IMG/VR virus record: IMGVR_UViG_3300027906_000002
Span: 32,001 to 96,000 of that record
Source: a virus
Length of the DNA stretch: 64,000 nt
Strand: one strand, 5' to 3'
Part shown: positions 42,310 to 56,300 of the stretch, piece after piece
How positions within the stretch are numbered: position 1 is the first letter of the stretch
How the letters are laid out: each line of letters opens with the position of its first letter
Program-made: the position numbers and the translations under genes
The notes under the pieces: generated by a model
Told to the model about the DNA's origin: nothing
The model's database searches: none
What the model saw: the letters and a program-made list of their open reading frames with translations, nothing else

Positions 42310-44334
42310 ATGCAACCGAATAAGCTAACAGCATTAGACTTTGAAGATATCAAAGCTTCTATAAATTCATATCTGAGAACGAGAGATGAGTTTACAGATT
42401 ATGATTTTAATGGATCTACATTATCATATCTTGTCGATGTTTTATCATATAACAGTTATTATTCAGCATTCTTGTCCAATATGGCAATGAATGAGGTATT
42501 CTTACCTTCATCTACAATTAGAGATAATGTTGTTAATATTGCTAAACTATTAAATTATGTTCCTAGATCAACGACATGTTCTAAAGCATGTGTAAAACTG
42601 GAAGTTCAGACACCTAAGACTAATTTAGCATATCCTAGTTCTGTTACTTTGAAGAGGGGTCCTGTTGCAAGAGGTAGTAATTATATTTGGAATATTCTAG
42701 AAGATGTTACTGTAGAAGTTGATACTGTAACTGGTAAAGCGTTATTTGAGGCTGTTACTATTAATGAAGGGTCTATAATCAATTTTTCATACACTGTTAA
42801 CACTTTCCAGTCTCAAGAGTATAAAATTCCTTCTGAGGATGCTGATATAGAGACTTTGAGGGTTACAGTTAAAGCAAACGAGTCTTCTACTACTTCAGAC
42901 CTCTATAACAAGGTAGAAACTGTTACCAACCTAACTGGTAATACACGTAGTTATTTCCTCTCTGAAGGCGAGGATATGCGGTATCAGGTAAGATTTGGTG
43001 ATGATAGTATTGGTAGAAAGTTAAAGGATGGTGAGATTATCAATTTTGAGTACTTAACTTGTTCTGGAAAAGAAGCAAATGAAGTAACTAGTTTTGGTTA
43101 TATTGGAACTATGGAAGATAGTAATAATATAGTAGTTTCTAATGCTGATATTATTCTTACTGCAAAACAACGTTCTCAAATGGGTGATGACCCAGAGACA
43201 ATAGAATCTATTAAGTATATGGCTCCAAGATTCTATGCTTCTCAATATAGAGCAGTAACAGCACAGGATTATGCTGTTATTACCAAAAATCTTTATTCTA
43301 ATGCTGAGTCCGTTGTTGCTTATGGTGGAGATTCTTTAACACCTCCAATATACGGTAAAGTATACGTTGCTGTTAAGACTAAGACTGGATCTCTTTTAAA
43401 TGATCAGTCTAAGAAGGATTTACAGACTAAATTGAGAGCATATTCAATGGCATCTATAGATCCTGTTGTTATTGATCCAGATGAGCTTTATATCTATCCT
43501 AAAGTCTTTGTTCTTTATGATACTGGTGTAACTAGCAATACTTCTGATATTAAAACAAATATTCAGAATTCTATTAATGATTGGGCTACTCAAACACAAA
43601 TTAACAATTTCAACTCTACATTTAGAAACCAACAGTTCCAAAAAGCAATTGCTTTATCAGATAAAGCAGTTAGTGACGTTTCCGTTCAAACCTCTCTTTT
43701 AAAATATATTAGAGCTGATGCTGACCAGACAAATACTTATTGTATTTCTACTGGTGGTGCTCTTTATAATAGTGCTCCTAGTAATACAGACGGTGCATGT
43801 ACAAAGGAACCAGTTATACTTTCTGGAAACTTTAGGACTGCTGATAGACCAGGTATTGATCAATTATTTGAAGATGATGGATTTGGTAAACTAAAAACAT
43901 TCTATAATACTGGAAATAAGAAGGTTTATACTAATAATTCTGCTGGTAGTATCAATTATGATACTGGAGAAATATGTCTTGGTCCTATTAATATCGTTGG
44001 TGCAGGTGATGATGTCCCTGAATCTACAAATATGGATTTAACTGATCCTGTAACAGGTATTGGTACTGTTATAGATCCTACTAAATTGAATCCGAATTTA
44101 AACCTCCCAGTACTCTTTATACCAGGCAATAATACGACAATTCCAGCGTCAACACCTGGTACTATTATCAATGTAGTCAATCCTGAAGTAACGGTAGCAC
44201 CAATTGGAACTATTCCACCTACCACTATCCCTCTAAATAGTTTGACACCACAAACATTTAACCAAACACCAACTTTGGTTGAGGTAACTCAGATTACTAA
44301 TACAGGTGATCCAAACAGCTCGACTTGTTTCTAA
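42310..44334 (+). CDS. gp6: Baseplate wedge subunit gp6
   Basis: 'LDFEDIKAS...FTDYDFNGSTLSYLVDVLSYN', 'RFGDDSIG', 'ESIKYMAPRFYASQYRAVTAQDY'. Confidence 0.93.
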   Translation: MQPNKLTALDFEDIKASINSYLRTRDEFTDYDFNGSTLSYLVDVLSYNSYYSAFLSNMAMNEVFLPSSTIRDNVVNIAKLLNYVPRSTTCSKACVKLEVQTPKTNLAYPSSVTLKRGPVARGSNYIWNILEDVTVEVDTVTGKALFEAVTINEGSIINFSYTVNTFQSQEYKIPSEDADIETLRVTVKANESSTTSDLYNKVETVTNLTGNTRSYFLSEGEDMRYQVRFGDDSIGRKLKDGEIINFEYLTCSGKEANEVTSFGYIGTMEDSNNIVVSNADIILTAKQRSQMGDDPETIESIKYMAPRFYASQYRAVTAQDYAVITKNLYSNAESVVAYGGDSLTPPIYGKVYVAVKTKTGSLLNDQSKKDLQTKLRAYSMASIDPVVIDPDELYIYPKVFVLYDTGVTSNTSDIKTNIQNSINDWATQTQINNFNSTFRNQQFQKAIALSDKAVSDVSVQTSLLKYIRADADQTNTYCISTGGALYNSAPSNTDGACTKEPVILSGNFRTADRPGIDQLFEDDGFGKLKTFYNTGNKKVYTNNSAGSINYDTGEICLGPINIVGAGDDVPESTNMDLTDPVTGIGTVIDPTKLNPNLNLPVLFIPGNNTTIPASTPGTIINVVNPEVTVAPIGTIPPTTIPLNSLTPQTFNQTPTLVEVTQITNTGDPNSSTCF

Positions 44335-44340
44335 AATTAG

Positions 44341-47300
44341 ATGGCAAATACGAATAAGGTCTCTCAGTCAGTTAAATCATTAACTCCTGATTTTATTGAA
44401 CAGGATTATCCCCTGTTTAATAAGTTTATTGAGTACTATTATAGATCTCAAGAAAAGACTGGTCTAGGACAGAATATAGTTAATAATTTCCTACAATATC
44501 TGGATATTGATAAACTGGATGTTGGGATTCTTGATGGTGCGACAAAGATTGTAGAAGCAATTAATGAGACTGATGATAAGATAATTGTAGAGTCTGTTGA
44601 TACCTTTTTAGAGAAAAATGGGTCATTATTAATTGGCGACGAAGTAATATATTACGAGAAAACGACATCTTCACCTAACATTGCGTTAAGTCCAGGTATT
44701 TCATACGAGCAGGTTCAGTTAAAATGGACTGGTCTTGCAAGTCCATTAGCACTTTTTGATGGTTCAAAACAGAGATTTCCGTTAACATCACAAGATAATC
44801 CTATTGCTCCACCATCTGCACAGCATTTAATTGTTAAAGTATATGGTGAATTACAAATACCTCTTTTAGATTTTACTGTAGATGGTACTGATATTGTCTT
44901 TACTGAGGCTCCTAGAGCTAAATTGGATGCTGATGATACATCTTCCACTACTGTAACATACATGAGTGGTTTTGTTGAGAGTCCTATAGTACAAATTGAT
45001 AATATATCCAATAGTTTTGGTGATGATAAGAGACAATTCACTATTACTAGGAATAATGAGAGATACGAACCAGTTATTGATGAATATGTCTATGCAATAT
45101 ATGATAATCAACTTTTAATACCAAAAGAAGAATTTTATATTGATCATGATCAATTTATATTTAAAAATGCACCTTTAAATGGTAGATATTTGGAATTATT
45201 TGCTGTTGAAGCACCAATTCCTTCTTTTGGTGCTGATGCTGTAGGATATGCTCGTATTGATAATGATGGAAGCCTTACAGGCATTTCTACAAATATTAAT
45301 GGTAGTAATTATCGATATGAATATCCACCAAAAGTATCTGTTAATAGTTTAACTGGTAGTGGTGCTTCTGCAACAGCACTTGTTAACGGTGTTAAAGAAG
45401 TACAATTATTAAGTGGTGGTAAAGGATATAGTGATACAAACCCACCTACTGTTGTTGTTCAAGATCCAACAAAACCTGGTGCAAAAACTTCACAAATTAA
45501 GGCAACAGTTACTAATGGAGAAGTTAGTAGTCTAGAGGTACTTAATTCTGGTAATGGTTATACCTTTACACCTAGATTGACTTTCCAACAGCCTGGTGGT
45601 GCAAAAATTGGAGTTCCATACATTGTTGGTGGTTCTATTAGTGGGACTGTTGAAGTTTTAGAGAAGGGATTTGGATATACAACAGTTCCTGAAATTTATG
45701 TTGATGAACCAACAGGTGAAGATGGTATCAAGGCTTCATTACAAGCAGTATTAGTAGATGGTCAAATCCAAAGTATTAATATTTTAAATGCTGGTCAGGG
45801 ATATGAAACTGTCCCTAGAATGATGATTAAGGATCCTGTAGGTGCTCAGGTATTAGAAACAAGGGTTGATGGTGACGGAAGAGTTGTTTCTATCGAACTT
45901 TTAAGTGGTGGTAGTGGATATGATGACGTTCCTTCTGTATACATTTTAGATGATAGAACAGATGGAACTGGAGCATATGCTGGTGGTACTGGAGCTACTG
46001 CAGTAGCATCAATATTCAATGGTAGAATAATTGATATTAATATCGTTAATTTTGGTAGAGACTATAGTGCTGCTAATCCTCCAACAATATTCATTCAAGA
46101 TCCACCATCTGCAGAAGCATCTGCAAATGTAGGATTAAACCAAGTTACTGGATTTATTGTAAATCAGGCTGGTTCTGGATATACTAAAGCACAATTTGAA
46201 GGATGTGCTAGAGCAGCAAGTGGTATTACTGCATATACTGAAGATGGTAACGCAGTTTTCACAAATGATACTGCTGCAACTTCTGCAGCAATTGATACCC
46301 CAGTAAAATGTTTGGATCAACTTTTTGTTAAGAGACTTCTTGACAAATATACAGAACAGTTCCTTCCAGATGTTCCAAGTCTTGATTATACAAAGATTGA
46401 TGTAAGAAATGCTATAAAATCAATTAAAGATTTCTATGCATCTAAAGGTACATCTTTTAGTATTGCATATCTATTTAAATTACTATATGGTGAAACGGTA
46501 AGTATATCTTATCCTAAAGATCAAATTATTAAGCCATCTAATGCTACTTGGTCTATTGATACTATTCTTCGTGCATCTTTAGAGAGTGGTGATCCTGTTA
46601 ATATTAAGGATGGTCTTATAACTCAAGAAGCTGATATTGCTGATTCTAATGTTCAAGCAGCAAGTGCACTTGTAGAAAACTTTATATCAATTAAAACCTC
46701 TGAATTAGAGATTTTTGAACTTGTATTATCAGAAGAAACTATTAATGGTACTTTTACTGTACCTTATAAGACAAGATTGGGTGAGCCTTTAACTGTAGAT
46801 GACAGTATTATTACAGTTGACTCCACTATTGGTTGGCCAGAAAGAAACGGTGAATTTGTTATTGGTGGTACTGAAGTTGTACAATATAAGGAGAAATCAT
46901 TAAACCAGTTTATTGAATGTACTCGTTCTGTTAATGGTGTAGTTGAAGATTGGGATTCTGCTACTGAAGTAAAGTCTAATTTTAGAATTTATATCAATAA
47001 GGGTACTCTTCAAGAAGTTGTAATGAATATTGTTGGTATCGTTGATGCTCAACAAACAACTTTAACAGATACTGGATCTTACTATCTTCCTGGTGATAAA
47101 TTAACAGTTTCTAAGTTAGGTGGTACTGGTATTAATCCAGATTTAACAACTTGGTTATATAACGTCAAAAAACTAATTGAAGTTACAAGTATCACTTACG
47201 GTGGTGTTAACGATCAATCTGCTACTGTAACTTGTGCTAACCCTCATGGACTATTGGTTGGGGATCAGGTTACAATATATGGTGCTAACCCAATCATCTA

Positions 47301-50300
47301 TAACGGATCTTCTCTTGTAACATCTAGAGATGGTGAGTATATTTTCCAATATAATTTACCACAACCTGCTACAGTTGAACCACAAGGTAATATTTTAGTA
47401 TCTATTGACCTTAATAAAGGTAAGTCACTTAACACTGCTATCTTTAATGCTATTAGCCCCTATACTACAAACGTACAAAACTCATTCTTTAATGATCAAT
47501 ACGTTTATGTTGCTGCTACAGGTATTCCAAACTATGAAATTGGTCCTTTCCCAGGATCTGCACTTCTTCCAGGCAACCAGCGTAAATTAAACAGGTTCCC
47601 TAAAGTTGCACAAACAATTTCAACTAAAGACATTATTAATCCTGGTCCTATTGGTACATGGGTTAATGGTGTTTCTATATGGTCTTATAAGTCAGATTTA
47701 AGCAAAACATTTGGTGCTGTAACAGGTATTGATATATTAAATGTAGGTAAAGACTATGATGCTGCTTCTCCTCCAGCAATTACCATATCTGGTGGTGGAG
47801 GTGCTAATGCAACAGCAGAAGTAACTGTTGATGGTTCTATTAGTGAAATTACAGTTACCGATGGTGGTTCTGGTTATACAACCTCACCATTGGTCTCTAT
47901 AGTCGGTGGTGATGGGTCTGGAGCTGCTGCTACAGCAATTATTACTAAAGGTGAAGTTTCACGTATTCTAATCAATACTGGAGGTACTGGATATACTTCA
48001 CAACCTTCTATTACTATTGTTGGTGGTGAAGGTACTGGAGCACAAGGTACAGCTTCTGTACGTGGTCCTATTAAATCAATTGATGTTACTAATGGTGGTA
48101 ATTCTTATACTTCAAAACCTACCATATCATTAAGTTCTGGTAGTGGTGCTGTTGCACAGGCTATCGTTAATAATGGAAGAATTATATCTATTGCTATAAT
48201 TTCTGCTGGTCAAGGTTATACTACTGCACCCGAAGTTACCATTCAAGGTGATGGTTTTGGTGCTATTGCAAGAGCAACAATTGATGTTGATGGTGAAAAT
48301 GCTGGTAGGGTAACTGGAATTGAGATTGTTAACAGAGGTATTAACTATCTTCAAGGTACTACAGTTATTAATCTAACTTCTGTTGGTCAAGATGCTTTAT
48401 TTGAGTCAAATGTATTTGAATGGACTTATAATTTAGAATCTACTTCTATATTTGATGACGCAAGAGGTGGTGTATTTACTGGTTATAATAATGAGTATGG
48501 TGGTGAATATGCTCATTTATCCAATCCTCAGAGAATGAGGTATATTTTAGGTGATAACCTCTATAAAGATGCTTATGGTAAAACTTTAGAAAAAGAAGAT
48601 CAGTTAGGACACTCTCCTATTATTGGTTGGGCATTTGATGGTAATCCAATTTATGGTCCTTATGGTTATACTGATCCAACTGACCAAGGATCTGCTGTAA
48701 TTAGACTTAGCACTTCATTTAGATTACAAGAGAGTCTTGTATTTGATGCAACAACCAATCCATATCCTATTAGAAATGATGGACCTCTTCTTACAGATGT
48801 AGATACAGATGGTGATTATCTATATCCTGCAGGTAAATTTGTTGAAGATTATGAATATGTCTTTGGATTAGGTGATCTAGACCAATATAATGGTCGTTTT
48901 TGTAAGACTCCAGATTATCCAGAGGGTAGATATTGTTATTTTGTAACTATTGATGCTACAGAAGATGGTAATGCATTATTCCCATATGTTATTGGACCAA
49001 GTTACAACTCAGTTGTTGATACTTGGAACCTTTCAACTAGTGCGGTACAACAAAATATCCCTTCTGGTGTTGTAAGATATAGAGATCCTTACGAAAATGT
49101 TGATATTGATGTATCAAGAACACCAAATGCTTCTACTGCTGCATTAACCACTGAAGATGGTGATGTGTTGATGTTTGAAGTTGAGGATGTTAACCGTGAT
49201 GGTGTTATTACTGCTGATGAGACTGAAAATCCTGCTGAGATGTTTGAAGAGTCTCCTCTACAGTTATTTGATTATTTCCCTAAAGTTAAGTTTGACTCTA
49301 AAGTTGATATTGAAGTTGAGACTATAACTAAATTTGAAGATGCTTCTGTAACTGGATTTACTATTGAAAACCCAGGAAAGAACTATCAGGTTGATGATAT
49401 ACTTACATTTGATAATTCAGGTACTGACGGAGCTGGTGTTTCTGCTCGTATTTCTAGGATTAAGGGTGAAGCTATAGATTCTTATAGTTTTGAGAACGTT
49501 AATGGATTGAATTACGGTGTCTTAGACACTAATGTCCCACATAATTTGGTTACTGGTGATGAAGTATATGTTGATTATACTCCTATAATGAATAATACGA
49601 ACAAATCTTTTGTTGTTCGTCAAATTAAGGGTATAGAATCTATTGTAATTGATCAGGCTGGTTCTGGATATGATGAGGAGATTCCACCAACAATTATTAT
49701 TGATGGTGATGGTACTGCTGGTAAATTAGAAGCAGTAGTTACTTCTGTTGGATCTATTGATACCGTTAATATTATCAATTCTGGATCAAATTATACTACA
49801 AGTCCTCGTGTTATATTAAGTCATCCACAAATTTTCAAGAAGGCAGATTATTATGTAACAACGATATCAAATAACAATTATGTTTGTGTTAATGATGTCT
49901 ATGTTAATGATGAAAAAGAGACATTCTATTGTGGTAAAACAAAAGATGCTACTGGAAATACCGTTGCATTTATATCTAAGTATTCTGCTCTAGGTGTTAA
50001 AGAGTGGGAAAGAACTCTAGAAAGTACAGTTGGACAATATTATACAGAGTATCAAAAAATATATGTTAATAAGAATGCATATACAAATGATGAAATTTGG
50101 GTTGTAGGTAATAATAGACCAAATGCAAACCTTTTGGATGTTTATAATCCAGATATTATCTTATGTAAGTATACTCAATCTGTAGATGGATTGGATGCTA
50201 CTTTAGATTTCCAAAAAGGATATGCTGGTATATCTGGTGCTAATCGTGCAGATTATGTTACTTGTATTGAGAAATATTCAGATATTCGTTATGTTATTGG

Positions 50301-53300
50301 TGGATATACAAATACAAACTCATTAAATCCTGATGATGCCTTTATAGCATCTATTGATACTACAGGTAATTTTGCTGTTAAGAGAAAGATTGCATCTGGA
50401 ACTTTATCTGAAAGATTAACAGATATGTTAATCATTGGTGATAATGTATATTTCACTATGGAGACTGCTTCTGGTCCCGACTCTAAAGATATTAACTTAG
50501 CTTTTGGTAAGGCTACTATTGGTATCAATGCAATAACAATAGATTGGATAAAGGAATTAAGTAATACGGTTTATTCTTTCTTAAACACTAGCTTAACTAT
50601 AGACGAATTTAATGAGTTTTATGTTACTGCAACTTGCAGACTTAAGTCTGATGATACTACTAAAGATAGTTTCTGGGTAGGTAAATTAAATGCAGAAGGT
50701 AATGTAATTTGGAATTATCGTTATCTTGCTACTGGTAGAGAATTAACCTTAGTTGATAAGGCTGTTATTGATATATTTGGTGATCTTAACGTTGCATATA
50801 CAAAAGATGATCAAGTTACTAGAAAAACAACTGTAGGAACTGTTAAGATTGGTTATGACGGTACTATGAAGAAGCATAGTACAAGTGAATTTAATAAGAA
50901 GCAAATTGAAGGTATTACTGCAAATGCAATGGATGTGGATGTATCTGGTGATGTATACGTTTACGGTCAAACTCAATGGAATAGGAATGAGTTTATTTTA
51001 GATTTTGCTGATGGTGGAGCTCCTCTTACTGATCTCTCTGCTCATTATACTATTACAGATCAAAGTGCTAATAATTCTATACGTTATCTGAATGGTGTAG
51101 CAAAGATTGATGGATGTAATGTACCAGCTAATACTCAAACTACTTGGGAAAATGGTCATATTAAAGCATCTTCTTCTGAGTTAGGTACTACATTGGATGG
51201 TGACTTTACCATTCAGATGATGGTATACATTGATGGAGATTCTGGTCTTCCATTTAGTTTAAGTCAGAACCTTATGACCCTATGTCAGATTGGTAGTTCT
51301 CAGGATGCTACTGGTGGTCTTTGGTTAGGATTTGGTACAGGTCGTGGTTTAGATTTAACAATTGCTAATAGTTCAACTCAAATTGTTAATGCTACTGCTA
51401 TTTCAAGTGCTTCTTCTGTAATGCTTAATAATACTTGGATTTCAGTTGCAATAACTAAGTCTGGAAATCTATTCTCATCATATGTTAATGGTGTTCTAGT
51501 AGCTAGTGGAACTATATCAAATACATCATTTGCTGGTAAGGATCTATACTTTGGTGTTGGACCTGGATTTGGTGCTGGTGTTAACGATTTTGATAAAGAT
51601 ACACAAGGACAATTCTTCCTTGATGATATTAAATTAAAGAATAGGGCAGTAACTCCAACTTCACCATCTGATATTAATGGACTCCCACAAGCATCTCAAT
51701 TTGGTTTTGGATATTCTTGGACAGATACTGCTTGGTTTGCTGCTCAAACAAGAAGATATGAGTATGATGATTATATTGGTTTTGGTTTAAAGATTGATAA
51801 GAATGCTGATTCAGAACGGTTAGGTGATCAAGGATTACAAACAAATACTCAGATTGGATTTGCAAGAACTAATATTGATGTTGTTCCAGGATCACCTTTA
51901 ACTATTGGTAGTACTGGTTTTGAATTAGCAGAAGCAGGTTTCCAATCATTAGACTTTGATGATGCTACAACAACCATGTCTCAGGACACAGAGACACTAA
52001 CTTATGCTGCTGATGTTTGGAGTGCTAGAACTTCAACTGTTCCTTCTCCAGGATCTCAAAAGTTAAGGGTATCTGCTGTTGTTAAAGATAGGTACTACAT
52101 TAAACCTACATCAACAACTGTCATTAATAATATACAAGAACTTACGTTAAATCAGGCATTTGATTTTACAGTTGGTGCTAAATTAGTTCTTCAAAATCCT
52201 AACGGTACGTTTATTAATAGTGGTTATATTATTAAAAAGGATAATTCTGTTAATAAAATATATCTTGCTATTATTCACAATGCTTGGACTGATGATTTAG
52301 ATAATGGGGAATTAGTCACTCAACAATTCAGTGAGCAAGATAGTTATGGTATTATTGGTCCTCTTCCAAATGATATTAATGAAATTAAGAATTATGTGTT
52401 TACTGAGATTAATAACACAACTCCAGGAACATTTGATATAGATCTTGCTACTTTCGATGCACCTTCGGATATTGGTGGAACTAATAATTTAGATGATTTT
52501 GCAAAATTAAAGGAATTTGATGTAAATGATTATTCAATTAGAATAGATGAGGTTTCAGGTGGATCGACATATATTCCTGGATCTGTTGTTGATATTACAT
52601 CTAGTGATATAACATTTAATACTGCTTATAGTACTTGTCAAATTACTAATTTAGCTGGTGTTCTTAAGATTACTTTAACAGCAAATCTAACAAAGATTAT
52701 TCAAGTAAGTTCTGTTGCCAATACTGACGAAGTATATTGTATCACCTCTACAAGTCATTACTTACATACTGGTGAGATGATTTATATTGATGGTAACCCA
52801 TCACAAGAATCTGGTGGTACTACTTACGATGAATATGATGGTGCTTTCCCAGTTGATAGTGTTATCAGTCCATTAGAATTTACATATAAGTTAAATCAAG
52901 CTGCTGTAACTTCACCTTCTGCATCAGCAGCTGCTGTTAGTGTATATGTTAAGTCTCCTGTTTTAAAAATGTATTATGGTCATCAGTATCTGTTTGACCT
53001 AAGCCATTCTTCAATGGTTGGTGGAAACTTATCCTTTGCTAAGGATAATCTTTATAAGTTGGAATATTCATTCAACTCTATTGAGAGAATTGGTATTCCT
53101 GGTGTAACTGGTCAAGGACAACCTACACCTACAGTTAAGTTGAAGATTGACGAGGATATTGTTACTAATATCTCATATTATTTCGATCCATCTAGAACTG
53201 GAGCAGATTCTCCTGTAATTGAAGGTAGTTATCTAGATGTTACAGATTCTCCTTATAAGGGTATCTTTACTATTTCAAGTACTGCTGGTGCAACTATTAC

Positions 53301-56300
53301 TGAAGGTGCAGATATATTCAAGTTCCTTCTTGCTAATGAACCAGAAGGAAATGCAAATGTTAATCAAACAACTTATAGTACAAGTTCTCTGAAAGCAGTT
53401 GGTTCTATTGCGGATGTTCGTATAGTTAATGCTGGTGGATTCTACACTAAATTACCTATTGTTACAGATATTCAATCAACAAGAAATATTGAAAGAGTTC
53501 AAATTAATGAACCAGGTACTGAATATGCTATTGGTGTTTATAACTCTGTTCCTATTCAAGGTGATGGAGAAGGTGGTTTAGTTAGTATTCTAGTTAATGA
53601 TGGGGCAGATGAAGATGGTATTACAATTCCTGGTCAAATACAAGAGGTAGTTGTTACTTCTCCAGGTAAGGCATATACTACTGCTTATGTTGATATTGAA
53701 GGAATTCCAGGTATTCTTGGACCAGGATTACAAGGATCTGGTGCAGAATTGACTGTTGTTATTCCTCCTTTTGGTACTGAGGCATCTATCTTCACCAGAG
53801 GTGATAAGGTTGGTAAGATTAAGAAACTTAAAAACAATAACTTCGGTTATGATTATCCTCATGACTATACTTTACGTCCTGAGATTACATTCCCAATAAA
53901 TGCTCAGTTAACTTCTACAAGTATTCTTGAAAGTATTACTGTTACAAATCCAGGTTCTGGATATTCATTAGCACCTGCTGTAATAATTCAAGGTGGTGGT
54001 GGATATGGTGCTCAAGCTGAAGCATCTATTAAGAACGGTAGATTAGATAACATTGTTGTTAAAGATCCTGGTGCTGGATATTCTTCTACACCACAAGTTA
54101 GTTTAAGATCTTCTTTCAACTATGTTGTTAACTTAGACTTAGGTTTATTACAATTTGCTTATCCTCATGGAATACCCAATGGTGCTGAACTTTCATTAGC
54201 AGTAACTGATACTGGAGATGGTGCTGATTTCCCACTATCTGCTGGTGCTACTGGTCGTCTTAATGGAAATACTACTTATTATGCTATTTCTGGTTCAGCA
54301 AATTCACTAGAGGATGATCAATTAAAAATTGCTATCACTGAGGCTAACGCAGAACTTGGTGATGGTCTTACATTTGTCAATGCTGGTGATGGTCGTCAAA
54401 GTGTATTAACTGAGTCATTTGGTGGTGCTGCTGAAGCTAATGTTATCACATCTACTTTCTTGGAAGGTGAATTAGTTTATCAGGGGGAAACATTAGAAGT
54501 TGCTACTGCAACTGGATATGTTTCTACAAACTCTGGTTGGCAAGTTGGACCTAGAATTCTTAAGATTGTTAATCATGATGGTTTATTTGCAGAGAATGAA
54601 AGAATAACTGGTGTTATTTCTAAGTCTTCTGGTATTATTAGTGATCTTAAAGTTGCTCGTGGTGTGTTAGATATTGGATCTATCACTAAAACTACTGGTC
54701 AATTCATTGATGATGTTGGTAAGCCATCTGAAATTATTCAGAAGATTCAAGACTCTTACTATTATCAGGACTTCTCTTATGCTGTTAAGTCTGCTGTTTC
54801 TATTAGTGAGTGGAAAGAGATTCTAATCAGGAACGTTCACCCTGCATCATTTAAGGTGTTTGGTGAGTTGAACTTAAATGAATATGGTCAAATTCCTAAT
54901 AAGGAGACATTCTTCCAGTTAACTAAATCAGTCGAACTTGCTCAAGAAGCAGTTGTTCCTAATATCCAAAGTTTTGCTCTAGTTGAGCCAATTTATTCAG
55001 AGTTTAATAATACTGAAGTTTTATTCCGTCAAAAGAGATTGACATCTTCTGAGAATATTCTAACTTCTGTTGTTCAACGTGTTGATAATATCGATCACTT
55101 ATTTGATGGTGAGAGAATAGCATTCCCATTAACAGTTGAGGGAGGAACTGTTGTTGCTAACGCAAACCAGTTGATGATCGTTCTTAATGGTATTGTACAG
55201 AACCCAAATACAGCATTCCAAATACAAGGTGATTCTATAGTATTCTCTGAGCCACCTTCACCACCTGCTAGTGTTAAATATGCTAATCTTACTATTAGTC
55301 AGATCCAAACCTATGATTTAACATGGAATAACCAGAGTGGTATCTATCCTCTTATTGGTAATAGTCTTGTTGGTACTAGCTCACAAGCTAGATTAATTGT
55401 AACTTCAGTTACTGGAGATATTATCAGTGGATATATGGATGAAGGTACATTCATTCTTGGTGAATTATGTACAGTCTCTGCAACAGGATTCTCTGGTAAT
55501 TTAGTTGATATTACAGCTGTTTCTAATATTGGATTGTATACTTATGGAGAAACAGTTACTAACCTTCAAGGTGATACTGCTAAAGTCGAACAAATTAACT
55601 TAGAAACTGGTGCAGAAACTCCAGTTTGTGATTTACGTTATGCTATTGGACCTTCTACTACTGAATTTGAAGTAGTTCCTGTCGATGGTACTGGACCACT
55701 TCCTGTTGGAACCATAGATGTAGCCGAGAATGATGGATTCAGAATCGGTGCTGAAATTATGGAAGTACTCACAGTTGTTGATGGAGCTGAATCTACAACA
55801 ATAACCGTAGTTAGGGGTGTATTAGGAACTCAGGCAACTGCCCAACAAGAGGGTTCTCCAATGTATAGTACTGATATTAATGTTACTGAGGCTCTTACAT
55901 TAAGTAAGACTGCTGGTACATATCAGTCTACACCAGGTCTTTATAATATTCAATTGAATGATGTTATTATTGGTGCTAAATCTGGCACTGTATCTAGAGT
56001 TACAACTGCTAGTGTGTATCAAGATCCTGTTACGGGAGAGTTTATTGGTCAGGTTGATATTTCTCCTGGATCTTCATTCTTTGGACTACTATTCAACAGA
56101 ATTACATCTACATCTTATCCAAACGTAGTTATAGATGACATTTCCAAGTCTCAAATTAGTGTTGTCGATTTTGATGATAACGCAACTGCATACAACACAA
56201 ACTTCCCATCAAATGAGATAGTTAGTAACTATGTTATTCCTTACAGTAATGCAGTAGGAACATTGCAGATTGGAGAAGATATTCGTAACTATAAGATAGA

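Noticed and set aside
14960-42312. In-frame TAA-ATG junctions (14960, 18315, 32066, 42307) as stop-codon readthrough fusions
   Set aside because: TAAATG is an ordinary coupling junction in AT-rich phages, UAA is the least leaky stop, and gp25/gp6 share the junction yet are separate proteins.
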